Shown: positions 10,064-22,001 of the stretch, piece by piece
Position numbering within the stretch: position 1 is the stretch's first letter
Layout of the letters: each line of letters opens with the position of its first letter
Assembly (NCBI GenBank): GCA_963816395.1
Contig: CAWFKQ010000016.1
Coordinates: 448,001 to 512,000 of the forward strand
DNA length: 64,000 nucleotides
Reading direction: 5' to 3'
Source of the DNA: an uncultured delta proteobacterium
GTDB lineage: Bacteria > Desulfobacterota > Desulfuromonadia > Desulfuromonadales > JACZKF01
Notes under the pieces: model-generated
Database searches by the model: none
What the model saw: the letters and a program-made list of their open reading frames with translations, nothing else
Told to the model about the DNA's origin: nothing
Translations under genes and position numbers: made by a program

Positions 10064-11227
10064 TCAGGCGGCAACCGCCTTGACGATCTTCTCGGCAGCG
10101 TCGGCCATGCCATCGGCGGCAACGATGTTGAGGCCGCTCTCGGCCAGCATCTTCTTGCCTTTCTCGACATTGGTTCCCTCGAGCCGGACCACCAGCGGCA
10201 CCTGGATGCCGACCTGCTTGGCCGCCTCGATAACCCCGGTGGCGATGACGTCGCATTTCATGATGCCGCCGAAAATGTTGACCAGGATCCCCTTCACCTT
10301 TTCGTCGGAAAGGATGATCTTGAAAGCCTCGGTCACCCGCTCGATGGTGGCGCCGCCGCCCACATCCAGGAAGTTGGCCGGTGAACCGCCGGAGTATTTG
10401 ATGATGTCCATGGTCGCCATGGCCAGGCCGGCGCCATTGACCAGGCAACCGATGTTGCCGTCGAGGGAGATGTAGGAAAGATCATACTGGGAGGCTTCGA
10501 TCTCGTTGTGGTCCTCCTCATCGTAGTCACGCAGGTCGCGGATATTGCGGTGCCGGAAGAGGGCGTTGTCATCGAAACTCAACTTGGCGTCGAGGGCCAT
10601 CAGATTGCCCTCGGCGGTGACCACCAGGGGATTGACCTCGAGCAGCGCGCAGTCCGAGCCGACAAAGGCCTGGTAGAGGCCGCCCAGCAGCTTCACCGCC
10701 TGGTTCGCCAGCTTGCCGTCCAGGCCGAGCCGGAAAGCGACCTTGCGCCCCTGGAACGGAGTCAGCCCGACCAGCGGGTCGATCGGCTCCTTGAAGATCT
10801 TCTCCGGCGTGCTAGCGGCGACCTCCTCGATATCCATGCCCCCCTCGGTGGAGGCGATCAGCGTCACCTTGGAAGTGGCGCGGTCGACCACCAGGCTGAG
10901 GTAGAGCTCCCGGGCGATATTGCACCCCTTCTCCACCAGCACCCGCTTGACCACCTTGCCTTCCGGACCGGTCTGGTGCGTCACCAGGGTCATGCCGAGA
11001 ATCTGCCGGGCGATGTCCCGCACCTCACTGGGAGTTCTCGCCAGCTTGACGCCCCCTGCTTTGCCGCGGCCGCCGGCATGAATCTGGGCCTTTACCACCC
11101 ACGGCCCGTCGCCGAGGCGCTTGGCCATCTCGCGGGCACTGGCGCTGTTGTAGCAGACGTTCCCGTCGGGCACGGCAACGCCATAGCTCCTGAGAATCTC
11201 TTTGGCCTGGTACTCATGAATGTTCAT
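10064..11227 (-). CDS. sucC: Succinyl-CoA synthetase beta subunit
   Basis: [43 protein letters not shown]. Confidence 0.97.
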   Translation of the reverse strand: MNIHEYQAKEILRSYGVAVPDGNVCYNSASAREMAKRLGDGPWVVKAQIHAGGRGKAGGVKLARTPSEVRDIARQILGMTLVTHQTGPEGKVVKRVLVEKGCNIARELYLSLVVDRATSKVTLIASTEGGMDIEEVAASTPEKIFKEPIDPLVGLTPFQGRKVAFRLGLDGKLANQAVKLLGGLYQAFVGSDCALLEVNPLVVTAEGNLMALDAKLSFDDNALFRHRNIRDLRDYDEEDHNEIEASQYDLSYISLDGNIGCLVNGAGLAMATMDIIKYSGGSPANFLDVGGGATIERVTEAFKIILSDEKVKGILVNIFGGIMKCDVIATGVIEAAKQVGIQVPLVVRLEGTNVEKGKKMLAESGLNIVAADGMADAAEKIVKAVAA

Positions 11228-11270
11228 CGACTTCCTCCAACAGGACAGAAAAACCGGTTTCGACTGACGT

Positions 11271-12188
11271 TCAGCGACAGCTCACTTTTTCCGTCAGGAC
11301 CGGCAACAGCTGTTTCAGATCGGCCACCGCCAGCACGTCGGCCACCTCGCCGATGGGAGCATCCCGATCGGTGTTGATGGCAATGACGAACTCGGACTTC
11401 TTCATCCCGGCCAGGTGCTGCACCGCCCCGGAGATGCCGCAGGCCATGTACAGCTTCGGCGACACGGTCTGGCCGGTGCTGCCGACCTGGCGGTCGTGGG
11501 GAGCCCAACCGGCATCGACGACCGGGCGGCTGGCGGCGTATTCGCCCCTCAGCGCCTGCGCCAGCTTCTCCACCAGCACGATCTGGTCCGGTTTGCCGAT
11601 ACCCCGGCCGGCACTGACGATGATCTCCGCCCTGGTCAGATCGACTCCGCCTTTCTCGGCCATTTCATAGCCGATGAACTCGACGCTGCCGGTCCCCTGG
11701 ATCTGCACCGCTTCGACTTGCGGCGTGCCGGCCGGTGCCTCCTCGGCGGCAAACGCTCCCGGCTGTACAGTGATCACGCTGAGCGGGGTGGCCGTTCGCA
11801 CCCGGCGGCGCAGCTTGGCATTGCAGGCGGGCACGAGGAAGGCGCCATCTTCGATGGCCAGCACTTCCGAGATCTGCCCCGCATCCAGGGCGAAGGCCAG
11901 CCGGGGAGCGAGATCCCAGCCGTAGGAGCTGTGGGCGAAGACCACCGCTTCCGGTTTCTCCCGGGCGACGATGTCCAGCAGCAGATCCCGGTGCGTTTCC
12001 GGATTGTATTCGCCGGCCTTGTCGGCCGCGGCCAGGTAGACCCGGCCATCGAAACGGGGCAGCTGATCTTCGCTGCCGACCAGAAAGATAGCCGCTTCGG
12101 CCCCGAGCGTCCGGGCGAAAGTGACCAGTTCGTAGGTGGTGTCGAGCAGCTTGCCTTCTCTGGATTCTCCAACAAGCAGAAGTTTCAT
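11271..12188 (-). CDS. etfA: Electron transfer flavoprotein alpha subunit
   Basis: [34 protein letters not shown]. Confidence 0.95.
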   Translation of the reverse strand: MKLLLVGESREGKLLDTTYELVTFARTLGAEAAIFLVGSEDQLPRFDGRVYLAAADKAGEYNPETHRDLLLDIVAREKPEAVVFAHSSYGWDLAPRLAFALDAGQISEVLAIEDGAFLVPACNAKLRRRVRTATPLSVITVQPGAFAAEEAPAGTPQVEAVQIQGTGSVEFIGYEMAEKGGVDLTRAEIIVSAGRGIGKPDQIVLVEKLAQALRGEYAASRPVVDAGWAPHDRQVGSTGQTVSPKLYMACGISGAVQHLAGMKKSEFVIAINTDRDAPIGEVADVLAVADLKQLLPVLTEKVSCR

Positions 12189-12198
12189 CGGTTTCTCC

Positions 12199-12975
<777 letters not shown>

Positions 12976-13030
12976 TGGTGACCTCCGTTTGGATGAATTG
13001 GAGAATATTTTTGCCTTCAGGGGTTTTCGG

Positions 13031-15017
13031 TTACAGCCTCTCAGCCAGGATCTCAGCGATATCCCGGGGCGCCAGATGTTCCTCGAGTGCCGCCCCCTTG
13101 ATGCCGTCCTCGAACATGGTCAGGCAGAAGGGGCAATTGGAGATCAGGGTAGGGGCGCCGGTAGCGGCGGCCATGCCGGCCCGGGTCTCGCTGATGCGGC
13201 TGCCGAGTTTTTCCTCGGCCAGTATGCGGCCGCCGCCGGCGCCGCAGCAGAAGCTCTCTGCCTGGCTGCGCTCCATCTCGCGGATGTTGGCGCCGGCCGC
13301 CGCGAGCAGGGCGCGGGGTTCCCGGTAGATGTCGTTGTGGCGGCCGAGATAGCAGGAGTCGTGATAGGTGCAGTCGAAATTCTGCGCGTTAAGCCGCAGC
13401 CGCCCGTCCTGCAGCAGGCCGTGCAGGAAGGTGGTGTAGTGCTCGGTTTCCACCTCGAAGCCCAGATCCCGGTAATCCTTGGCCAGGGTATTGAAGCAGT
13501 GCGGGCAGGCGGTGACGACTTTCTTGATGCCGTAGCCCTTGATGGTCTCGATGTTTTCGCTGGCCAGGGCCTGGTAAAGGTATTCGTTGCCGAGCTTGCG
13601 CATCGGCTCGCCGCAGCACTTCTCCTCCTTGCCGAGGATGCCGACCCGGACGCCGGCGGCGGCGCAGAGCTGAATGAAGCTTTTGGCAACCTTGATGTTG
13701 CGCTTGTCGAAGGAGGCGTAGCAGCCGACGAAATAGAGGATGTCCACCTCTTCGCCATCCTCCATGCGGCTGACCGGCAGCCCTTCGGCCCAGTCGCCGC
13801 GGGCGGCGAAGGCCATGCCCAGGGGATTGCCGTTGACTTCGGCGTTGTTCATCGCCGTCATGACCTCTTCCCCGGGGAATTCGCCTTCCATCAGCACCAG
13901 GTTGCGGCGCATATCGACGATCTTGCCCACATGTTCGATGGACGCCGGGCAGATTTCCTGGCAGGCCCGGCAGGTGGTGCACGACCACAACACGTCCTGG
14001 CCGACCTTTTCGATGAGCCCGGTCTCCGGGGCGGTGAAGGCCACCTCCCCCAGCTGGTTGACGACCTTCATCGGCGACAGCGGTTTGTCCGTCGCGAAGG
14101 CGGGGCAGCGGTCCTGGCAGCGCTTGCACAGGGTGCAGGCATCGGCGTCGAAGATGTCTTTCCAGGTCAGGTCCTTCAGATGCGCCGCGCCGAAACTCTC
14201 GGCCTCTTCGTTCTCCATGTCGAGGGTGACCAGGGCGCCTTTGGGACCGCGGTCGGCGAATAGGTAATTGGCGCTGGTGGTGAAGATGTGGCGGAACTTG
14301 GTAAAGGGGATGGCGACGATGAACCCGATGCCCAGGGCGAAATGCCCCCACCAGAGGGAGGCGTGCAGGGTGCGCAGGGCATCGCTTCCCATGCCGGTAA
14401 AGGCCTTGGCCACCAGCAGTCCGACCGGCGACCAGACCGCCAGGTCCATGCGCGCCGGTACTTCCGTCACCGCCATTCGGGCGCCCTCGATGAGAAAGCC
14501 GGTCACCAGGATGGCGAAGAGCAGGCTATGCATGAGGACGTCGTCGCGGCGGTTCTCGAGCCCCTTCGGTCGCACCAGGTAGCGGCGCACCAGCAGCCCG
14601 AGCAGCATGAGAATGGCTACCGCCCCCGCCAGGTCCAGAACCAGGGAGAAGATCTTGTAGAAGTTCCCCTTGAGGAATTGGACGCCGAACAGCAGGTCGG
14701 TGAAGTCGGCCTGCAGGGCGACCAGGCAGGTGCCGATGAAGAGCAGAGCAAAGCCCCAGAAGAAGAGGCCGTGGGCAGAGCCCGGCCCTCGTGACCCGCA
14801 GCACTTTGCGCTGCAGCAGGATGTTCCTGCACATATCGGCCACCCGGGCGGGCAGGTTGTCGGTCCGGTTCAGGGGTTTCCCCTGCCGGTAGACCTTGAC
14901 TCTCTGCAGAAATCCCCAGAGCAGCACACCCAGGGCGGCGGCGGCGAAGGCGTACATGGGAACGAGCACTATTGCGCCGTGGCCGATGTTCCAGTAGAGT
15001 TCGCGTGAAAATTCCAT
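13031..15017 (-). CDS. Membrane-bound Fe-S oxidoreductase (HdrD/FadF-like; probable ETF:quinone oxidoreductase), frameshift near 14780-14790
   Basis: N-terminal TM helices with His residues; CTLCKRCQDRCP and CTTCRACQEICP; two CCG domains; adjacent to etfBA. Confidence 0.85.
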
Positions 15018-15038
15018 GTCCTGCTCTCTCTGTCGGGT

Positions 15039-15887
15039 CTATTCGTAGATGTAAAAACCCCTGCCGCTCTTGCGTCCGTAGAAGCCGGCCTCGACCATCT
15101 TGACCAGCAGCGGGCAGGGGCGATACTTGGGATCGCGGAAACTGTCGTAAAGTACTTCCATGATGGCCAGGCAGGTATCCAGGCCGATGAAGTCGGCCAG
15201 GGTCAGGGGGCCCATCGGCTGGTTAGTGCCGAGTTTCATCCCCTTGTCGATATCCTCGGCGTTCGCCACCCCTTCAAACAGGGCGAAGGCGGCCTCGTTG
15301 ATCATCGGGATGAGGATGCGGTTGACGATAAACCCGGGGTAGTCGGCGGCTACCGCCATCTCCTTGCCGAGCCTGCCGATCAGGGTGGTGGTCGTCTGAA
15401 AGGTCTCCTCGCTGGTGGCCAGGCCGCGGATCACCTCCACCAGGTTCATGACCGGCACGGGATTCATGAAATGCAGGCCGATGACTTTATCCGGCCGGCC
15501 GGTCACCGCGGCAATGCGCGTAATCGGTATCGAAGAGGTGTTGGAAGCCAGGATCGCCTCCTTGCCGACGATCCCGTCGAGTTTGCGGAAGATCTCGAGC
15601 TTGAGCGCCTCTTTTTCGGTGACCGCCTCGATGCACAGCTCGCAGTCGGCGAGATCCTCCATCGCCTGCGTGGTCCGGATCCGCCCGAGGATGGCCGGGA
15701 TGGCGGCGGCATCGAGCAGTCCCTTCTTGGCCTGGCGCTCCAGGTTCTTGCCGATGCCGGCGAGCGCCTTCTCCAACTGCGCGCCCGCGATATCGAAGAG
15801 CACGACTTCCAGTTCATTCTGGGCCAGCACATGGGCAATGCCGCTTCCCATCTGTCCGGCACCGAGTACCCCGATTTTCTTCAGCAT
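15039..15887 (-). CDS. hbd: 3-hydroxybutyryl-CoA dehydrogenase
   Basis: [48 protein letters not shown] before ATG 15887. Confidence 0.92.
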   Translation of the reverse strand: MLKKIGVLGAGQMGSGIAHVLAQNELEVVLFDIAGAQLEKALAGIGKNLERQAKKGLLDAAAIPAILGRIRTTQAMEDLADCELCIEAVTEKEALKLEIFRKLDGIVGKEAILASNTSSIPITRIAAVTGRPDKVIGLHFMNPVPVMNLVEVIRGLATSEETFQTTTTLIGRLGKEMAVAADYPGFIVNRILIPMINEAAFALFEGVANAEDIDKGMKLGTNQPMGPLTLADFIGLDTCLAIMEVLYDSFRDPKYRPCPLLVKMVEAGFYGRKSGRGFYIYE

Positions 15888-15980
15888 AAAATTCCTCCTG
15901 GTTGGTCGTTCCACAAATCCATATCGCTTGTGGGGAGCGGCTTCAGCCGCAATGCTTCCGCAAAGTGCTCCCATGCTCTC

Positions 15981-17156
15981 CTAGACGCGTTCGAAAATGA
16001 CCGCCACGGCCTCGCCGCCACCGATGCACAAGGTGGCCAGCCCATAGCGAGCCTGACGTTTCTGCATCTCCCGCACCAGGGTGGCGGTCAGGCGGGCGCC
16101 GCTCGCTCCCAGGGGATGGCCGATGGCGACCGCACCGCCGTTGACGTTGACCTTCTCCGGGTCGAGCCCCAGCTTGCGGATGGCGAGCAGGGTGACGGCC
16201 GCAAAGGCCTCATTGATCTCAAACAGGTCGATATCGCCGATGGCCAGCCCGGCGCGGGCGCAGGCCTGTTCGATGGCGCCGACCGGGGCCTCGGTGAACA
16301 GATCGGGGTGCAGGCTGTTGGAAGCGTAGGCGACCAGCCGGGCCTTGGGCTTGAGGCGGTATTTTTCGACGGCCTCGGCGCTGGCGAGGATGCTGAGACC
16401 CGCCCCGTCGTTGATGGTCGAGGCGTTGCCGGCGGTGACGGTCCCGTCCTTTCTGAAGGCGGGGCGCAGCCCTGGAAGTTTGTCGAAATCGACCTTGAAG
16501 GGCTCCTCGTCTTCGGCGATCACCACCTCGCCCTTGCGGGTCTGCTTCACCACGGGAACGATTTCCGCCTGAAAGATCTTCTCCCGGATGGCCTCCTGGG
16601 CTCGGCGATAGGAGCGCAGGGCGAAGGCGTCCTGCTCCTCGCGGGTCAGCCCGTGCTTCTGTGCCGTGGCCTCGGCGATCACTCCCATGTGATTGCCGCT
16701 GTAGGGGTCCTGCAGGCCGTCATGGACCATCAGGTCGATCAGCTCGCCGTTACCCATCCGATAGCCGTAGCGTGCCTGCTTGAGTGCATACGGCGCCTGC
16801 GACATGTTTTCCATCCCGCCGGCGATCACTACCGAGGCGTCGCGGAGCCGGATGGAACCGGCGCCGAGCATCAGGGCCTTGAGACCGCTGCCGCACACCT
16901 TGTTGATGGTCATGGCGGGGACGCTATCGGGCAGCCCGGCATAGCGCATGGCCTGGCGGGCCGGCGCCTGGGCCGAGCCGCCGGCGAGGACCTGGCCGAC
17001 GATCACCTCGTCCACTGCTTCGGCCGGCAGCCCGGAACGCTCAAGAAGACCTTGAATGACGGCGGCCGCCAGGCGCGGCGCCTCCACATCGGCGAGCGCC
17101 CCACCGAAGGACCCCTGAGGGGTGCGCAGCGATTCGACTACATAGACATCTTTCAT
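15981..17156 (-). CDS. Acetyl-CoA acetyltransferase (thiolase)
   Basis: [26 protein letters not shown]. Confidence 0.95.
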   Translation of the reverse strand: MKDVYVVESLRTPQGSFGGALADVEAPRLAAAVIQGLLERSGLPAEAVDEVIVGQVLAGGSAQAPARQAMRYAGLPDSVPAMTINKVCGSGLKALMLGAGSIRLRDASVVIAGGMENMSQAPYALKQARYGYRMGNGELIDLMVHDGLQDPYSGNHMGVIAEATAQKHGLTREEQDAFALRSYRRAQEAIREKIFQAEIVPVVKQTRKGEVVIAEDEEPFKVDFDKLPGLRPAFRKDGTVTAGNASTINDGAGLSILASAEAVEKYRLKPKARLVAYASNSLHPDLFTEAPVGAIEQACARAGLAIGDIDLFEINEAFAAVTLLAIRKLGLDPEKVNVNGGAVAIGHPLGASGARLTATLVREMQKRQARYGLATLCIGGGEAVAVIFERV

Positions 17157-17177
17157 GACCGTTCTCCCGACAATCTG

Positions 17178-17335
17178 AGTGAGATAGGGAGGTAGTGAGA
17201 CAGTGAGGCAGTAAACAAACTACTTACTATCTCACTACTGGCTACCTCACTGGGTTAATCTCTTCGGTGTGAGATAGTGAGGTGGTGAGATAGTGAAAAG
17301 AACTACTTACTACCTCACTACTGGCTACCTCACTG
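17178..17335. repeat. Two tandem hairpin units built from AGTGAGRY octamers
   Basis: AGTGAGAT/AGTGAGAC/AGTGAGGC units pair with TATCTCAC/TACCTCAC units; 35-bp direct repeat at 17218-17252 and 17301-17335 with 1 mismatch. Confidence 0.8.
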
Positions 17336-18169
17336 ATTTTTTGGCAGCTGACCGCGCTTGACCAGCTTTTCGTAACGGAACGCTCCCCACAGGGCGGCGC
17401 CGATGGCGCCGGCAAACATGGAATCGGGGTGCGAGGCGATCTGCGTCCCCAACTTCTGCTTTTCCATCGTGTCCTGGATGGCTTTGACCAGGCCGGTGTC
17501 GAGCGCCAGGCCGCCGGTCATCATCACCACCCCCTGGGCGCCGATGGACTTGAGCAGCTTGACCAGGCGGTCGGCCATCGACTCATGGATGCCGCGCAGG
17601 ATGTCGCTGGGCGGGATCGAGCGGGAAACCATGTTGATGACGTCGGTCTCGGCGAGCACGGCGCAGATGCTGCTGACCGGCTCCGGTTTGGTGGATTGCT
17701 GCGAAAGTTCGCCGATCTCGTCCTGCGCGATGCCCAGGTAGCGGGCGATATTTTCGAGAAACTGGCCGGAGCCCGAGGCGCACTGGCTGGTCATGCGGTA
17801 GTTGAGCACCTTCCCCTGGGGATCGATGTTAATGGCGCGACCATTCAGGGCGCCGATATCGAGCACCGCCCGGGCCTTGGGGTTGAGGTAAAGTGCCCCG
17901 CGGGCATGCGTCGTCATGGAATAGAAATGCCCGGTGGCGCTCTTGACGCTCTCCCCCTCGCCGGTGGTGGCGACGTAATTGACCTGCTGGCGCTTGACCC
18001 CGGCTTTTTCCAGCACGTATTCGATCGACTCATCGACCAGCTTGTAAGGGTCGCGCTGGCGGATGCGCGCGTCCCAGCGCGCCAGCCATTGATTTTTATT
18101 GTCTTCCACCCCGAACAGCGCGGTCTTGATCACGCCGGAGCCGACGTCGATGCCAATGGAAAGGGTCAT
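17330..18169 (-). CDS. bcrD: Class I benzoyl-CoA reductase subunit D (ASKHA ATPase)
   Basis: GIDVGSG, TTGEG, FYSMTTHARGA, MTSQCASGSGQFLENIARYL, SICAVLAETD. Confidence 0.93.
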   Translation of the reverse strand: MTLSIGIDVGSGVIKTALFGVEDNKNQWLARWDARIRQRDPYKLVDESIEYVLEKAGVKRQQVNYVATTGEGESVKSATGHFYSMTTHARGALYLNPKARAVLDIGALNGRAINIDPQGKVLNYRMTSQCASGSGQFLENIARYLGIAQDEIGELSQQSTKPEPVSSICAVLAETDVINMVSRSIPPSDILRGIHESMADRLVKLLKSIGAQGVVMMTGGLALDTGLVKAIQDTMEKQKLGTQIASHPDSMFAGAIGAALWGAFRYEKLVKRGQLPKNQ

Positions 18170-18183
18170 GCTCTCTCTCCTTC

Positions 18184-19488
18184 CTAGTTGATGACAGCCC
18201 GATGGGCGAAGCTCGCGCCACCGAGAGCACCGGTGAAGATCGATTCGGCACTGATGTTGATGGTGACCTCGCCGTAGTTCTCCCGGATCAGCGTGCGCAG
18301 TTCTTTCACGGCGGCCTCGTTCTTGGCGACCCCGCCGGTGAAGGTGAACTGGTCGGTGACGCCGCCGGAGCGGGAGATGATCGACATGGCGCGCAGCATG
18401 ATCGCCCGGTGCAGACCGGCGAGGATGTCGGCACGCGACTCGCCCAGGGCCAGTCGGTCGCGCAGCTCGGCGCCGGCGAAGACGGTGCAGGTAGAATTGA
18501 TCCGGGTGGTTTTGGTGGCCTTCATGGCGATGGGGCCGAGCTCGTGCAGACCGATCTTCATCTCGTCGGCGATATAACCGAGGTAGCGGCCACAGCCGGC
18601 GGCGCAGCGGTCGTTCATCTGGAAGTTGGTGACGATGCCGTTCTCGTCCACCTGGATTCCCTTGGTGTCCTGGCCGCCGATATCGAGCACGGTGCGGGTG
18701 TCGGGAAACATCATGTGGGCCCCGAGCCCGTGGCAGAGGATCTCGGAGCGGATGTGCTCCTTGGGGAAGGGCAGGCGGACCCGGCCGTAGCCGGTGCCGA
18801 CCACGTAGGTTTCCTCCAGCTCGTAATCGAGTACCTTCTTCAGGGCGGCCTGGGCGGCGGCCTGGCTGACCTCCGCCCCCTGGACCTGCTGCAGGGCACG
18901 CGACAGGCCATTCAGGAGTTGCCGGGCGACCATCTCGTCCGTGGAGACCATGCTCTCGATGTCGATGATCGACTTGTCGTAGATGTTGAGCAGGGCATCG
19001 AAGCTGACGCCGGCCTCCTTGCCGATCGTCTCGGCAAGGTTCATGAAGCGGGAGCCGGCGATGTCGCGGAAGAAGTCCGATTTGCGCTCGGCGCCAGGAG
19101 CATAAATCTCGGGGGCTTCGGTTTCGATTCTGGCGAAGACGGCATCCAGGGCCTGCCCGAGGGCGCCTTTCATCTCTTTGAAGCGCGGATGGTCGAGATA
19201 TCTGTCGCTGGTCTCCTTGAGCTGACTGAGCTCGGCAAGGAACTGCTCCAGGCGAAAATTGCGCTCCAGGTCGGCCATCAGCAGTTCGGCGGCGCCACCG
19301 GAGCCCAGTGCCTGCTTGAAAAGGGTGAAGCGGGCGGCGATCTTGGCTTCCTGCTTGGACACCGTGGCCGCCACATCGTAATTGGAGCGGGAATTGGTGA
19401 TGCCGCGGCCCAGGATCGTGCGGTTCTCGTCCATCAGCACCGCCTTGGTGGTGGTGGATCCCAGGTCGATTCCGATAAATGTGCGCAT
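18184..19488 (-). CDS. bcrA: Class I benzoyl-CoA reductase subunit A (ASKHA ATPase)
   Basis: [44 protein letters not shown]; long insertion typical of Thauera-type BcrA. Confidence 0.93.
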   Translation of the reverse strand: MRTFIGIDLGSTTTKAVLMDENRTILGRGITNSRSNYDVAATVSKQEAKIAARFTLFKQALGSGGAAELLMADLERNFRLEQFLAELSQLKETSDRYLDHPRFKEMKGALGQALDAVFARIETEAPEIYAPGAERKSDFFRDIAGSRFMNLAETIGKEAGVSFDALLNIYDKSIIDIESMVSTDEMVARQLLNGLSRALQQVQGAEVSQAAAQAALKKVLDYELEETYVVGTGYGRVRLPFPKEHIRSEILCHGLGAHMMFPDTRTVLDIGGQDTKGIQVDENGIVTNFQMNDRCAAGCGRYLGYIADEMKIGLHELGPIAMKATKTTRINSTCTVFAGAELRDRLALGESRADILAGLHRAIMLRAMSIISRSGGVTDQFTFTGGVAKNEAAVKELRTLIRENYGEVTINISAESIFTGALGGASFAHRAVIN

Positions 19489-19500
19489 GGCCGGCCTCCC

Positions 19501-20787
19501 TTAAGCGGCTACGGTGGCAGAGCCGCCGGAGCGGCGCTTCTGGTCGATCATCTGGAAGTAGCTCTCCAGACGGTTCTTGACGTTGGCCGCCGAGAAGTAG
19601 CGCGGATCGACCAGGTCGGTTTCGATGAAAGCGCCCGGCTTGCCGGTCAGCTTCTCGACCTCACGCATCATCACCAGCTGACCGGCGGAAAAGCTGTTGC
19701 AGCTCTTGATGGAGTTGATCAGAAGACCGTCGGCCTCGTATTCCTTGATATTGCGCGCCAGCATGTCAACCCGGGTCGGCAGGTTGCGGTTGGTGTAGAC
19801 ACCCAGGCAGTAGTCGGCCAGGCTCTCCAGCGGATGGTCCGGGTCGTGACGGAAGTTGTCGTAGTCGTAGACCCCGCCGACCTTGGTGTAGGTGCTGGCG
19901 ACGACCACGGCGCCAGCCTCGTAGAACATCTGCCAGAAGTCGCGGAAGCTGGTCCAGTTCGGCGGGCCTTCGACCACCAGCCGGTAGTTCTCCTCGGCCA
20001 TGTCCCCTTCCGGGGTCTGGGCACCCAGTCCCAGGTCGATCCGCTCCTGGATTTCCTGGCGCAGCAGCTGGTAATAGGTGATGGCCTCATCGGTGCCGCG
20101 GAAGGCGGTGAAGATCGGTCCCATGTAGTAGACGCCGCCGAAATAGCAGTCAATGGGGGACGGCTTGTGTTTGGACTGCTCGAGCATCCACACCAGGTCG
20201 TTCTCGGCGATCGCCGATTTGCGCAGATACTCGCGCAGGCGATCGATGTCGAACTTGATCCCGGAGACCTTTTCCAGGGTGGGGATGACCTCCTCCTTGA
20301 GCTGCTTGACGATATAATCGCGCATGTTCCTGGTCGGCTTGCCGTCGGCGGAATAGGGGACGTGCAGCATCACCGTCGGGCAGTTGTACTGCTCGCGCAG
20401 CAGTTCGAACCACTTGAGGAAAGTGAAGCAGCCGGTATAGGAGAGCAGCAGCAGGTCCGGGTCGGGAAACGGCTTGCCGTTGGGGGCGATGTTCCCCTTG
20501 GCCATCATCCCGAGGTCCGCCTTGACATAGGTACACACGTCCTCGGAGTGCCCGGAGCGTTCGGCTTCGATGATCATCTCGCCGGATTTCTTGCGCATGG
20601 CATTCTGGATGGCGTTGATCTCCGGCAGGTTGTTGGCGATATCGAAACACATGAGCAATTCATTGAGGTTGCCGGGCACGAAGGTGGAAGAGACCTTGAC
20701 CTTGCCGCTGGTGATCTTGTCATAGTTGCGGCCGATCATCTCCTTCTGCAGTACCTGCGAATGAGACTTTATAATGTCCTGGCTCAT
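19501..20787 (-). CDS. bcrB: Class I benzoyl-CoA reductase subunit B
   Basis: GHSEDVCTYVKAD, LLLSYTGCFTFLKWFE, NSIKSCNSFSAGQ, FIETDLVDPRYF. Confidence 0.93.
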   Translation of the reverse strand: MSQDIIKSHSQVLQKEMIGRNYDKITSGKVKVSSTFVPGNLNELLMCFDIANNLPEINAIQNAMRKKSGEMIIEAERSGHSEDVCTYVKADLGMMAKGNIAPNGKPFPDPDLLLLSYTGCFTFLKWFELLREQYNCPTVMLHVPYSADGKPTRNMRDYIVKQLKEEVIPTLEKVSGIKFDIDRLREYLRKSAIAENDLVWMLEQSKHKPSPIDCYFGGVYYMGPIFTAFRGTDEAITYYQLLRQEIQERIDLGLGAQTPEGDMAEENYRLVVEGPPNWTSFRDFWQMFYEAGAVVVASTYTKVGGVYDYDNFRHDPDHPLESLADYCLGVYTNRNLPTRVDMLARNIKEYEADGLLINSIKSCNSFSAGQLVMMREVEKLTGKPGAFIETDLVDPRYFSAANVKNRLESYFQMIDQKRRSGGSATVAA

Positions 20788-21959
20788 GCTTCACTCCATA
20801 ATTTGATGGAATCGGCGAAGGTGCCGGCCTGCTCGCGGATCGGCTGCATCTGTCCCGAGTTCTCGGCGTACTGCATGGTGATGTAGGGAATCTTGTGCGC
20901 CTTGAGACGGGTGACCAGCATGGGCTGGTCGAGAAGTGCCGGATCGCAGAAACTCGGCGCCGCGAAAATGACGCCGTCGGCGCGCCGCTTGCGAATATTG
21001 CCGAGCAGGTAATTCCCTTTGGCTTCGATGTCGACCTCGAATTTGGCGGCCGTCTCGGCGCTGTGGTGCAGGAACGCCAGCGCCAGATTCTCGATCGGGT
21101 CGCCGCTCGTCGGCACATCTTCCAGCAGCCAGCGGGTGACCAGCATGAAATCGTCATCAACGATGTAGCAGCCGGCCATCTCCAGCGATTTGATCAGGTT
21201 GAGCGGCGGTTGCTCGCAGAAGGCGCCGGTCAGGGCGACCCGGCAGTTGTCGCGCATCGGCCGGTTCTCCGCCTCGGCGGCGGCAAGGTAGTCCTGCATC
21301 AGCTGAGTGTGCTCCTCGACGGGGAGCACCATGCCGGCCCGCATCAGCAGATAGACCTCGGCCGAGGGCGCTTTCCAGGGCTGCTCGGCGCGGAAATCGT
21401 AGACCTTGTTCACCCACCGGCGATTTTCATTATACACCGCGGTGGAGTTGCGGATATCCTCGTCGGTGATTTCGCGCCCGCCGAGTTTTTCCAGCCCTTC
21501 CTTGAACTCACGCAGTTCGTTGGCGTAGAAAACGCCGCCGACTTCGTCCTTATAGTTCTGCGGCACATCAAAGTAGCGCACGTACTTGTCCTTGAACATC
21601 AGCTGCCAGATGCCGCTCAGGTTGCGGATGACGTCGCAGATGGAGGGGAACATCATGCCGTCGACAAAGTCGAGCCTGCCGGTGATCGCCAGCTCGATGG
21701 TCGAACGCGGAATGCGGCAGATATAGCTCTGGTAAAAGGCGTCGCCGTGGATCACCTCCATGTCGGCGCCGCCGCCCAGAATGCCGAGCGGCAGCATGCC
21801 GGCGGCATGGATGATCTCACGCGGCACATAGACGGGCATGTAGCCGATGACCTTGCGCCCGGGCGCGGCCGCTTTCCATTCACGCGCCTTGCTGAAATCG
21901 AGATCCTCAAAGATGGACTGACAGAGCTCGACGATCTCTTTGACCGATTTTTTACTCAT
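20784..21959 (-). CDS. bcrC: Class I benzoyl-CoA reductase subunit C
   Basis: YMPVYVPREIIHAAGMLPLG, YQSYICRIPRSTIE, FCDPALL, ENSGQMQPIREQAGTFADSIKLWS, closely matching Thauera BcrC as remembered. Confidence 0.93.
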   Translation of the reverse strand: MSKKSVKEIVELCQSIFEDLDFSKAREWKAAAPGRKVIGYMPVYVPREIIHAAGMLPLGILGGGADMEVIHGDAFYQSYICRIPRSTIELAITGRLDFVDGMMFPSICDVIRNLSGIWQLMFKDKYVRYFDVPQNYKDEVGGVFYANELREFKEGLEKLGGREITDEDIRNSTAVYNENRRWVNKVYDFRAEQPWKAPSAEVYLLMRAGMVLPVEEHTQLMQDYLAAAEAENRPMRDNCRVALTGAFCEQPPLNLIKSLEMAGCYIVDDDFMLVTRWLLEDVPTSGDPIENLALAFLHHSAETAAKFEVDIEAKGNYLLGNIRKRRADGVIFAAPSFCDPALLDQPMLVTRLKAHKIPYITMQYAENSGQMQPIREQAGTFADSIKLWSEA

Positions 21960-22001
21960 GAAATCTCTCCTCATTCGATAAACCGAGATCGTCCCTGATC
22001 C

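Noticed and set aside
17178..17335. Possible mini CRISPR array
   Set aside because: Only two repeats, the spacer is made of the same octamer units, and there are no cas genes.
18202..20886. Long antisense ORFs (also 25085-27181, 27345-29033, 39405-42263, 44946-47024)
   Set aside because: Shadow frames of high-GC genes with no motifs or RBS.
17330..21959. 2-hydroxyacyl-CoA dehydratase plus activator
   Set aside because: Four-subunit CBAD layout with two distinct ATPase subunits, Bcr-specific sequence and adjacent bamA.
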